Under the pieces are notes generated by a model. That model was given only the letters and a program-made list of their open reading frames with translations, was not told where the DNA came from and did not search any database. A program made the position numbers and the translations under genes. Source: Gemmatimonadales bacterium (GTDB lineage Bacteria > Gemmatimonadota > Gemmatimonadetes > Gemmatimonadales > GWC2-71-9). From it: a stretch of 38,909 bases of DNA. The DNA lies in assembly GCA_025928955.1 (NCBI GenBank), contig JAICNA010000002.1, forward strand, positions 1 through 38,909. Reading direction: 5' to 3'. Below are positions 26,049 to 34,187 of this stretch, one piece after another (position 1 is the stretch's first letter; each line of letters begins with the position of its first letter).

Positions 26049-27523
26049 TACTGTCCCTGCCCTCCCTGCGGCGGCGCGGCACCGGGCGCGGGCGCGCCTG
26101 GATTCGCCGGCACCGGCGCCGGTCCCGGCGACGGCTGGATCCCCGGCTGCTGCTGCATCGCTGCGCCCGTGGTATCGCTCGCCTGCTTCGCCTGCGCGAT
26201 CTCGAGCCCGCGCATCACCCCGCCCGGATGGACCTCGTACGAAAGATTCTCGCGGAGGACCTGCCCGAGCGTCGCCGGCAGCCGGCGCAGGCGCACCTGC
26301 CCGGCCAGCAGGCGGTCGAAGTACGTCTGCACCTTCATCGCGGCGATCTCGCGGCGCTGCTCGACGGAGATCGTCGAATCGCTCACGTCGGCGCCGAGCC
26401 CCATCTCGGCGCGCAGCGAGTCGACTTCCGCCTGATACTGCTGGCGCATCCCCTGCCATTCGATCGGCGTGAGGCTGATGCCGGCGGAATCGGCCTGCCG
26501 CAGCACGAGGACGTTCTGCGCCACGGTGCGGGTGAAGGTCACGAGCTGCGAGTCGGGGAGCTGGCGGATCTGCATCTGGAACTGGGGAGGAATCTGGTCC
26601 ACCCAGCGGACGACGTCGCCCAGCGTGAGCTCGCCGTCCCGGTAGGTGGCCACCGTCTTCTTCGAGCTGCGCGCCTTGTCCAGATCCTCGAACGCTTCAC
26701 GCAGCGCCCCGGCCGCCGACGACTTGATCTCGAGGCGGTTGGTGGTGGCGAGGCTGTCGACGTAGATCGAGTCGAGCTGGCGGACGGCGATCGCCTGCGC
26801 CGCCTGGCGGAGCCGGTCCCGGACGTCACCGATGTCCGGCCGCTTGATGAGATGGTACCCGAACGGCGTCTCGACCGGTCCGGCCACCTGCCCCGGGGCG
26901 AGCGTCCATCCCGCGCTGTCGAAGGCCGTCACATACTGGCCGCGCGGCGAGGCGGGGAGGTAGCCGTTGTCGCGTGCGCTCTGCGGATCCTTCGACAGGC
27001 GGGCGGCAAGCTGGCCGAAGTCGGAGCCGCGATTGATCTGCGCCAGGGCGCTTTCGGCCTGTCGGCGGACGGCGGCGCGCTCTTCCGGCGTCGCGGTCTG
27101 GGACGCGGGGAAGAGGATGTGCTGGAACACGCGGACATCATTCCCGCCATAGACGCTGTCCACGTCCGCGTCGGTCAGCGCCGAGCGGCGGGACACGAGC
27201 GTGTCGTGCCAGCGCTGCTCCCGCACCTCCGCGATGACCGGCCAGAGCGCCTCGGCCACCGACGCCGAGTCCATCGGGAGCTTGCCTTCGGCCACCGCCT
27301 GCGCGAAGAGGGCGTAATCCACCCACATCGCCGTCACGAGATTCGCGGCCTCGCTGTTGAGGCGCACGTTCTTCGGGCCGGCGAGGATCTCGCCCAGCCG
27401 CTCGGGGGTGAGCGTCATGCTGCCCGCTTCGGCCGCGGTATCGGCGTGAGCGGAGAACGCGTCGCGGAAGTTCGAGCATCCCGCGGTCGCGAGCGCTCCT
27501 ACGATGACCAACAGTCGGCGCAT
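26048..27523 (-). CDS. Parvulin-type PPIase lipoprotein (second SurA/PrsA-like paralog) with a Pro/Gly-rich C-terminal tail
   Basis: The lipobox is MRRLLVIVGALATAGCS. The parvulin block is VFQHILF...GYLPASPRGQYVTAFDSAGW...PFGYHLIKR. The tail is QPGIQPSPGPAPVPANPGAPAPGAAPPQGGQGQ. GGAGA lies 4 nt upstream of the ATG at 27523. Confidence 0.8.
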   Translation of the reverse strand: MRRLLVIVGALATAGCSNFRDAFSAHADTAAEAGSMTLTPERLGEILAGPKNVRLNSEAANLVTAMWVDYALFAQAVAEGKLPMDSASVAEALWPVIAEVREQRWHDTLVSRRSALTDADVDSVYGGNDVRVFQHILFPASQTATPEERAAVRRQAESALAQINRGSDFGQLAARLSKDPQSARDNGYLPASPRGQYVTAFDSAGWTLAPGQVAGPVETPFGYHLIKRPDIGDVRDRLRQAAQAIAVRQLDSIYVDSLATTNRLEIKSSAAGALREAFEDLDKARSSKKTVATYRDGELTLGDVVRWVDQIPPQFQMQIRQLPDSQLVTFTRTVAQNVLVLRQADSAGISLTPIEWQGMRQQYQAEVDSLRAEMGLGADVSDSTISVEQRREIAAMKVQTYFDRLLAGQVRLRRLPATLGQVLRENLSYEVHPGGVMRGLEIAQAKQASDTTGAAMQQQPGIQPSPGPAPVPANPGAPAPGAAPPQGGQGQ

Positions 27524-27560
27524 GCCATCTCCAGAAAAAGGATCCATCGAATTGCCGAGC

Positions 27561-30500
27561 CTAGCCCGCGACGGCGCGCAACGCGCGAACCAGCGCGGGA
27601 ACGATCGCCTCGCCGCCGAGACGCTCCAGCCGGAGCGACAGCGGGACGGTGCGGCGGACGTCCGCGGCGAGCTGCACGTCGTCGAGCGCAGCGGAGAGTG
27701 CCGCCATGCGCGGCGCGGTGCCGGCCCGGAAGGTGAGGCGCGCCTCGTTTCCGCGCACGAGAATGTGCTGCAGGCCCAGCGCGGCGCCGAGCACGCGCAG
27801 CCGCGTCAGGTCCAGCAGCATCATCGCTTCGTCCGGAAGTGGTCCGAAGCGCTCCCGCAGCTCTTCGCCCAGCCTATCAATGTCGCCGGTCGACTCGGCG
27901 CGCGCCAGTCGGCGGTAGAGATCGAGCTTGGCCTCGTCGTCAGCGACATAGGCCTCCGGGAGGTGCGCGGGGCGGTCGAGCACGACGTCCGGCGGCGCCG
28001 GCGCGGCCTTGCCCCCCTGGCCGCGCAGCGCCGTGACCGTCTCCTCGAGCCAGCGCATGTACAGGTCGAAGCCGACGGCATGGGCGTGGCCGGACTGCTC
28101 GCTGCCGAGCAGATTGCCGGCGCCGCGGAGCTCGAGGTCCTTCATGGCGATCCGGTAGCCGGCGCCGAGCTCGGTGTGATGCTCGAGCACCTTGAGGCGC
28201 TCCTCGGCGTCGGCATCCACCATATCGGGAACCAGCAGGTAGCAGTAGGCGCGGCGGTGGCTCCGGCCCACGCGCCCGCGGAGCTGGTAGAGCTGCGCGA
28301 GGCCCATCCGGTGCGCGTCGTGCACGACCATCGTGTTGGCGTTCGGCACGTCGAGCCCCGACTCGACGATCATCGTAGTGACGAGGATGTCGACCTCACC
28401 CGACACGAACCCCTGCATCACGCGCTCGAGCTCGTCCGCCGGCAGCTGGCCGTGCGCGACACCGATCCTCGCGCGCGGCGCGAGTGAGCGCACCCGCGCC
28501 GCGATGGTCTCGATCGTCTCGATCCGGTTGTGGACCAGGAACGCCTGGCCGCCCCGGTCCAGCTCGCGCGCGAACGCCTCCTCGAGGAGGCCGTCGTCCC
28601 ATGGCTCGACGAACGTGAGGACGGGCGAGCGGTCGCGTGGCGCCGTCTCGATGAGCGTGAGGTCGCGGAGCCCCGCGAGCGAGAGGTGAAGCGTCCGCGG
28701 AATCGGCGTCGCAGTCAGCGTGAGCACGTCCACCTGCAGCCGCAGCTCCTTCAGCCGCTCCTTGTGGCGCACGCCGAAGCGGTGCTCCTCGTCCACGACG
28801 AGGAGGCCGAGGTCCTTGAACACCACGTCCTTCGACAGCAGCCGGTGGGTGCCGATGATGATGTCGGTCTGCCCGTCCGCCAGCCGCGCGAGCGCCTGCT
28901 TCTGCTCCTTCGGCGTGCGGAAGCGGGAGAGCACCTCGACCTTGATCGGGAAATCCGCCAGGCGCTCGCCGAAGGTGCGCCCATGCTGCTCGGCCAGGAT
29001 GGTGGTCGGCACCAGGACCGCGGCCTGCTTGCCCCCCTGCACCGCCTTGAATGCGGCGCGCACCGCCACCTCGGTCTTCCCGTAGCCGACGTCGCCGACG
29101 AGGAGACGATCCATCGGGCGCGGCTGCTCCATGTCCCGCTTGATGCTTTCGGTGGCCGTGCGCTGGTCGGGCGTGTCCTCGTAGAGGAAGCTCGATTCGA
29201 GCTCGCGCTGCCAGCGCGTGTCGGGTGGAAAGGGATACCCGGCCGACACGGTCCGGCGGGCGTAGAGGTCGAGCAGCTCGGCCGCCATCTGGCGGATCGC
29301 CTGGCGCGTGCGCTCGCGCACCTTCGACCAGCTGGTCCCGCCGAGCTTGTGCAGCTTGGGGGGCGGGCGGTCGCCGTCGTCGCCGGCGGCGCGATAGCGC
29401 TCGAGCTGGTCGAGGCGATAGAGCGGCACGTTGAGGCGATCGCCGCCCTCGTACTCGAGGATCGCCACCTCGAGCGTGCTCTCGCCCACCATGATGGTGT
29501 CGATGCCGCGGTAGATCCCGATGCCGTGCTCGAGGTGGACGACGTAGTCGCCGAGGGCGAGCGTGCCCGTCGCCATTCCAGGCGCCGCCTCGCGGTAGCG
29601 CCGTGCCCGGCGGAGGCGGCGCGCGCGGCGGAAGATCTCGTGGTCGGTGAGCACGCGGAGCGAGGGAAGCACGAAGCCGCCATCCAGCGCGCCGACGGTG
29701 AGGTGGGCACCGGCGGAACGGCGCCCGCCGTCCTCGAGCAGCTCCTCCATGCGCTCGAGCTGGCCTTCGTTGTCGCAGAGGATGAGGGTCGGAGGCGATC
29801 CGGCGAGCAGCGACCGAAGCCGCGCAAGGTCGCGGTCGATCCGCTCCGGCGGGAAGAAGCCCATCTGCAGGTCGGCGGTCTCGTCGCGGATCGAGAGCCG
29901 GGGAAACGCGGCGATCCCCTGCTCCCAGCGCGCCGGCTCCTCGAGAATCTCATCGCGCGCCGGCACGTCCTCCCCCAGCCGCCGCGCCACCTCGAGGTGG
30001 TGTGCCGCTTCATTCCACGCCCGCGCGACCTCGTCGAGGTCTGGCCCCGTCGCCTCCTCGATCAGGAGCGCGTCGGGCGGGAGCAGGTCGAGGAGGGTGC
30101 GGCGGATGCCGGACGCGGCGGACGCGGCGGACGCGGCGGACGCGGCGGACGCGGCGGACGCGAAAGTACCGGAATTGGGCGGGCGATACCTGTCCGAGTT
30201 GTCCGACTCGGCCGCCACAGCGCCCGCCCGGATCGGCAGCACCGTCACCTCGCCCATTTCCTCCTGCGAGCGCTGCGTGGTCAGGTCGAAGGCCCGGAGC
30301 GACGAGATCTCGTCGCCCCACCACTCGAGCCGCGCCGGCGCCGCCATCCCGAAGCCGTAGACGTCGAGAATCCCGCCGCGCACGCTGAATTCGGCGACTT
30401 CGGTGACCGTGGCCACCCGCGCGTAGCCCATCCGCTCGAGCCGCTGCGCGAGCGCGCCGGGCGAAAGCTCCTCGCCGACCGCGAGGCGCACACGGAGCTG

Positions 30501-30923
30501 CTCGACCGCTGCAGGCACGAGCGTCCGTTCCGCCGTAGCGCGCGCCGTCGTGACGAGCAGGCGAAGCCGGCCGGAAAGAAGCGCTTCGATCGTCTCGGCG
30601 CGCTCGCCGGCGATCTCGTAGTGTGACTCCTCCTCGCCGAGCGATTCGCGCTGGGGATAGAGAGACACCGGAACGCCGGCGAGGAGCGTGAGGTCGGCGA
30701 GCCAGCGCTCCGCCTCGCCGGGCGTGGGCGCCACCACGACGAGCATCCGCTGGGGCGCGTGCCGTGCGATCCATGCCGCGACGGCCGCGCCACTCGAGCC
30801 GGGGAGACCGCCCAGCCGGAGCAGCGATCCCCGTCGGGGCAGGCGCGCGGCGAGCTCCTGCACCGAGGGTGCGCGGCCCACGGCGTCGAGCACGCGATCG
30901 AGACTCACGCGCCCCTCCGCCAC
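27561..30923 (-). CDS. mfd: Transcription-repair coupling factor Mfd
   Basis: A UvrB-homology N-terminus, a CarD/TRCF RNAP-interaction domain (DYVVHLEHGIGIY) and superfamily-2 helicase motifs (LLVGDVGYGKTEVA, VVDEEHRFGV, TATPIPRT, QLRGRVGRS) are present, followed by a TRG-containing C-terminus. The alternative GTG at 30908 would overlap the upstream stop as GTGA. Confidence 0.95.
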   Translation of the reverse strand: MAEGRVSLDRVLDAVGRAPSVQELAARLPRRGSLLRLGGLPGSSGAAVAAWIARHAPQRMLVVVAPTPGEAERWLADLTLLAGVPVSLYPQRESLGEEESHYEIAGERAETIEALLSGRLRLLVTTARATAERTLVPAAVEQLRVRLAVGEELSPGALAQRLERMGYARVATVTEVAEFSVRGGILDVYGFGMAAPARLEWWGDEISSLRAFDLTTQRSQEEMGEVTVLPIRAGAVAAESDNSDRYRPPNSGTFASAASAASAASAASAASGIRRTLLDLLPPDALLIEEATGPDLDEVARAWNEAAHHLEVARRLGEDVPARDEILEEPARWEQGIAAFPRLSIRDETADLQMGFFPPERIDRDLARLRSLLAGSPPTLILCDNEGQLERMEELLEDGGRRSAGAHLTVGALDGGFVLPSLRVLTDHEIFRRARRLRRARRYREAAPGMATGTLALGDYVVHLEHGIGIYRGIDTIMVGESTLEVAILEYEGGDRLNVPLYRLDQLERYRAAGDDGDRPPPKLHKLGGTSWSKVRERTRQAIRQMAAELLDLYARRTVSAGYPFPPDTRWQRELESSFLYEDTPDQRTATESIKRDMEQPRPMDRLLVGDVGYGKTEVAVRAAFKAVQGGKQAAVLVPTTILAEQHGRTFGERLADFPIKVEVLSRFRTPKEQKQALARLADGQTDIIIGTHRLLSKDVVFKDLGLLVVDEEHRFGVRHKERLKELRLQVDVLTLTATPIPRTLHLSLAGLRDLTLIETAPRDRSPVLTFVEPWDDGLLEEAFARELDRGGQAFLVHNRIETIETIAARVRSLAPRARIGVAHGQLPADELERVMQGFVSGEVDILVTTMIVESGLDVPNANTMVVHDAHRMGLAQLYQLRGRVGRSHRRAYCYLLVPDMVDADAEERLKVLEHHTELGAGYRIAMKDLELRGAGNLLGSEQSGHAHAVGFDLYMRWLEETVTALRGQGGKAAPAPPDVVLDRPAHLPEAYVADDEAKLDLYRRLARAESTGDIDRLGEELRERFGPLPDEAMMLLDLTRLRVLGAALGLQHILVRGNEARLTFRAGTAPRMAALSAALDDVQLAADVRRTVPLSLRLERLGGEAIVPALVRALRAVAG
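30111..30162. repeat. Perfect 9-bp tandem repeat (GGACGCGGC, about 5.8 copies) inside mfd
   Basis: It is read directly from the sequence and encodes (SAA)n, FASAASAASAASAASAASG, within a low-complexity linker of Mfd. The unit length is a multiple of 3. Confidence 0.9.
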
Positions 30924-32689
30924 CAGCTGGCGAGCAGGACTTCGGCGAGGCCGAAGAGCAGCGCCGCCACGAGAAGCGGACCCCGGAGATCCCCGCGCGC
31001 CCCGGAGGAGAAGGTGGCCGCCGCGGCATCGGCGAGCGGGACGACCCGCGCCCCCGGCCAGAGCTCGCGCAGCTGGCGGTCGGGCGCAGGAGCAAGGCGC
31101 GATTCGCGCGGATCGACGCCGACGCTGAGCGCGCCGATCGTATCGCGCCCTGCCAGGATGAAGTGGACACCCGGCTCGACGGCCCGGAAGAGCCCGCCGC
31201 CATCGACGCGCCAGGTCCGATCCGCGTGGCGGACCTCCGTCGCGAGGTCGGGAAGCGAGGCGGGAATCCCGGGGGTACCGTCGACGAGCGCCACTTCACC
31301 TCGCGCGACCCGGTTGAGCAGCCGGTCCATGAACGGCATGAATTCGGCCGATACCGGGAGCGAGGTCCATTCGGGCTCGAGCCGGCTGCCGAGGAGGATC
31401 AGCTCCCCGCTCCGCACGATCCAGGGAGATCCACCGGCGGTGGCGAGGACGCCGGTGCGGCCGCTGCCGGTGGTTTCGAGCGCATAGCGTCGCAGGACCC
31501 GGTGGGCGCCGAGCAGTGTTCCGCTGTCGCTCGTGACCGGCTCGGCGCGGAGCACGCCGTAGCGCCAGGACGAACCGAGGCGCTCGAGCGATCGGTTGAG
31601 CGCGCCCAGCTCCGCGACGTCGGCTGGCGGAAGGATGATCGAGGCGCCGGGACCGGCACGCCCGACCGTCACCTCCGTCCCACGGCCGATCCGACCATTG
31701 CTCGCAAGCACATCGCATGCGGCAGCGACGTGGCGGCCCGACGCAGCGCAGTCGGCACGCGCGACCGGCGCAATCCGCACGACCGTCTCGCGGCGATCGT
31801 CGAGCCGGAACTCGTCGGCGTCGAGCTCGGCCGTGGCGTTCCACCATCCTGCCGGCGCGCCCGGAATGGCGACGGTGGCCGCGGCGCCCGGGGTCCCCAG
31901 CACCTGCCGCGGCGGGCGGTTGCCGAGACGCGCGGACACCGGGACCGACAGGGCCGAATCGCCCGAGAGCGCGATCACGACGCGCCCGCCATCCGACGAC
32001 CACGGTTGCGGGCCGGTCGCCAGCGAGGCGATCCCGGCATTCGGCGGCGGATCACCCGGCACGCGCGCAGCGATGACCGGGGGGCGGATCGCGGCGGCGG
32101 TGAGGCCGCTCGCCTGGAGATCGGACAGCACGAGCACTTCGCCCGGTCGCGGCTCGCTCGCGAGCACCTCGCCCGCCAGCGTCACCGCCGCGCCGAGGTC
32201 GAGCCGTGTGGGAGAAGGCCGCACACTGTCCACGATCGCGGCGAGCGTCGCCGCGTCGCCGCGGCGGGGAACGCCGTCGGCCGTGATGAGCCAGAGCGCA
32301 TCCTCGGCACTCGATCTCGCGAGCGCGCCGCGCGCGGCATTCCGCAGCTGCGCGAGGCGGGGCGTCCCGTCCGTCACGGCCGCGCTGCTCGCACTGTTGT
32401 CGAGCACGATGACGAGTGCGCTCGGGGCGTGACCCGGCACGCCCGACAGCCGGACCGTGGGCCCCGCGGCGGCGAGGACGATCGCGATGATCAGGAGCGT
32501 CCTCAGAATCAGGAGCAGCCAGTTCTGCAGCTTGAGGCGCTTCTGGTGTTCCTGGGTCGTGGTCAGCAGGTAGCGGACCGCCGGAAAGACGATCGTGGGC
32601 GGCTGTCGCCGCGCGATCAGATGCAGGAGGATCGGAATGCCGGCGGCGACGAGGCCCGCCAGGACCCACGGATGGAGGAACGAGATCAT
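30905..32689 (-). CDS. BatA-like membrane protein (N-terminal double-TM domain plus vWA-like domain)
   Basis: The N-terminus is MISFLHPWVLAGLVAAGIPILLHLIARRQPPTIVFPAVRYL. A second TM segment follows, then a MIDAS-like VIVLDNSASS block. The start ATG overlaps the DUF58 stop (ATGA). Confidence 0.75.
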   Translation of the reverse strand: MISFLHPWVLAGLVAAGIPILLHLIARRQPPTIVFPAVRYLLTTTQEHQKRLKLQNWLLLILRTLLIIAIVLAAAGPTVRLSGVPGHAPSALVIVLDNSASSAAVTDGTPRLAQLRNAARGALARSSAEDALWLITADGVPRRGDAATLAAIVDSVRPSPTRLDLGAAVTLAGEVLASEPRPGEVLVLSDLQASGLTAAAIRPPVIAARVPGDPPPNAGIASLATGPQPWSSDGGRVVIALSGDSALSVPVSARLGNRPPRQVLGTPGAAATVAIPGAPAGWWNATAELDADEFRLDDRRETVVRIAPVARADCAASGRHVAAACDVLASNGRIGRGTEVTVGRAGPGASIILPPADVAELGALNRSLERLGSSWRYGVLRAEPVTSDSGTLLGAHRVLRRYALETTGSGRTGVLATAGGSPWIVRSGELILLGSRLEPEWTSLPVSAEFMPFMDRLLNRVARGEVALVDGTPGIPASLPDLATEVRHADRTWRVDGGGLFRAVEPGVHFILAGRDTIGALSVGVDPRESRLAPAPDRQLRELWPGARVVPLADAAAATFSSGARGDLRGPLLVAALLFGLAEVLLASWWRRGA

Positions 32690-33612
32690 CTGCCCCGGCC
32701 GGGAATCGCCAGGGCTTCGCGCAGCACGTCCCCGAACGGTGTGTTCGTGAGAACGCGGTGGTAGGCCATGCCCTGTCGCCGGCAGGCGGCGCGCCATTCC
32801 GCGACGACGCCGCTCACCGTCTGCTCATAGGCGGCCGCCCAGTCCCGCGGCCTCAGCACGACGGCGGCGCGCGTTTCGGGATCCTCGAAGCGCGCCTCGG
32901 ACGGCCCGCTCAGCGTCGCCTCCGCGGGGTCCATGATATGGAGGACCAGCACCTGATGTCCGCGATGACGGAGAAAGCGGAGCGCGGTCAGGGCGAGCTC
33001 GCGATCGAGGAGGAGATCGGAGACGAACACGACGAGGCCCCGCCGCCGGAGCTGGTCCACCACCCGCCTGAGCGCAGGCTCGGCGGCGGTTCCCGACCCG
33101 GCCTGCACGGCGCCGAGCTGCTGGAGCAGCAGGTGCCAGTGGCTGTTCCGCGCGCGGGGCGGCGTCACGCTCCGGACCTCGTCGTCGAACGTGATGAGGC
33201 CGGTGGCATCGCGCTGGCGCACGAGCACCAGCGAAAGAGCAGCCACAAGCCGCTTCGCGTACTCGAGCTTGGAGAGCAGCGTGGCGGGGTCGCCGGTCCA
33301 GGCCATCGAACGCGAGGCGTCGAGGACCACCATAGCCCGGAGGTTGGTCTCCTCCTCGAACTGCTTGACGTAGAGCCGATCGTTTCGCCCGAGTATCTTC
33401 CAGTCGACGTAGCGAAGCTCGTCTCCCGGCTGATACATCCGATGTTCGGCGAATTCGACCGAAAACCCGCGGCGGGGGGAGCGGTGGAGCCCCGTGAGGA
33501 AGCCCTCGACGACGCCACGGGTCGTGACTTCGAGACCGCCGAGACGCGACACTTCGTAGGGATCGAGGAGATCGAGCCGGGCGCGGTCTCTGGGTGCGGA
33601 AACGGATGGCAT
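32686..33612 (-). CDS. DUF58 domain protein (vWA-like, usually partnered with a MoxR ATPase)
   Basis: GFLTGLHRSPRRGFSVEFAEHRMYQPGDELRYVDWKILGRNDRLYVKQFEEETNLRAMVVLDASRSM is the hallmark DUF58 block. I prefer the ATG at 33612 because the track start at 33651 is a TTG. Confidence 0.82.
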   Translation of the reverse strand: MPSVSAPRDRARLDLLDPYEVSRLGGLEVTTRGVVEGFLTGLHRSPRRGFSVEFAEHRMYQPGDELRYVDWKILGRNDRLYVKQFEEETNLRAMVVLDASRSMAWTGDPATLLSKLEYAKRLVAALSLVLVRQRDATGLITFDDEVRSVTPPRARNSHWHLLLQQLGAVQAGSGTAAEPALRRVVDQLRRRGLVVFVSDLLLDRELALTALRFLRHRGHQVLVLHIMDPAEATLSGPSEARFEDPETRAAVVLRPRDWAAAYEQTVSGVVAEWRAACRRQGMAYHRVLTNTPFGDVLREALAIPGRGR

Positions 33613-33814
33613 CGGGGCCGCAACGTATCCGGTGAGCGCGGGGGAAGTCAACGCAGCCGGATGCGTCTACCTCCGGGGACGGGCGCGCGGGCAAGGCGCG
33701 GCCTCGAATTTCCTAAGCCGTTCGGCCGAAAGACGTTGAAGAAGGCCGCCCGCATGGCACACGCCGTGCGGGACTGGCCTTGGTCAGTTACGTCATCGCC
33801 TGTTCGGAGGTTTC

Positions 33815-34102
33815 ATGTCTCGTATCACCTCGCTCCTCGTCCTCGGTGGGCTTCTGGCTGCGCCGCTGGCCGCCGGGGCTGCTCAGGACCGGGCCCGACC
33901 GGCTCAGCGGGAAACGCCCCGGCGGGAGGCGCCGCCGCCCGACCGGCCGCGCGCGGAGCCGCGGCGGGAGGAGGCCCGACCCCAGCGGCAGGAGCGAGCC
34001 GAGCCGCGCCGGGAGGAGCCCGTGGAGCGTCGCGACGTGGCACCGCCGCGGAGCACCGGAGAGCCCGAGCTTCGGCGCCGCAAGGCGGACAAGCCGGATT
34101 GA
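33815..34102 (+). CDS. Small secreted Arg/Glu/Pro-rich repeat protein, 95 aa, unknown function
   Basis: GGAGG lies 5 nt upstream of the ATG. The signal peptide is clear (MSRITSLLVLGGLLAAPLAAGAAQ). The mature part carries repeated xPRREx units (ETPRREAPP, AEPRREEARP, AEPRREEPVE). There is no similarity I can recognise. Confidence 0.5.
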   Translation: MSRITSLLVLGGLLAAPLAAGAAQDRARPAQRETPRREAPPPDRPRAEPRREEARPQRQERAEPRREEPVERRDVAPPRSTGEPELRRRKADKPD

Positions 34103-34187
34103 AACCAGGCCGTTCAGGGCTCCGTACCTTGGACGGCGGGCGGTCGGGCAGCCGGGCTTCAACACTACCCCAACACAGTCAGGATCG

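Noticed and set aside
33652-33814. An expected MoxR-type AAA+ ATPase gene upstream of DUF58.
   Set aside because: It is not present. The 163-bp region is intergenic and the next gene is on the opposite strand. The absence is noted within a finding, not annotated.
33780-34187. An N-terminal extension of the M28 peptidase ORF back to 33780.
   Set aside because: The extension has no signal peptide, is Arg/Pro/Ser-rich, and overlaps the small secreted-protein ORF in another frame. The ATG at 34188 is followed at once by a typical signal peptide.
34103-34187. A possible hairpin (CCGTTCAGGG…CCTTGGACGG) between the small secreted gene and the M28 gene, as an attenuator.
   Set aside because: The stem needs two G-U pairs and has no U-tract. 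It is not distinguishable from chance pairing in GC-rich sequence.
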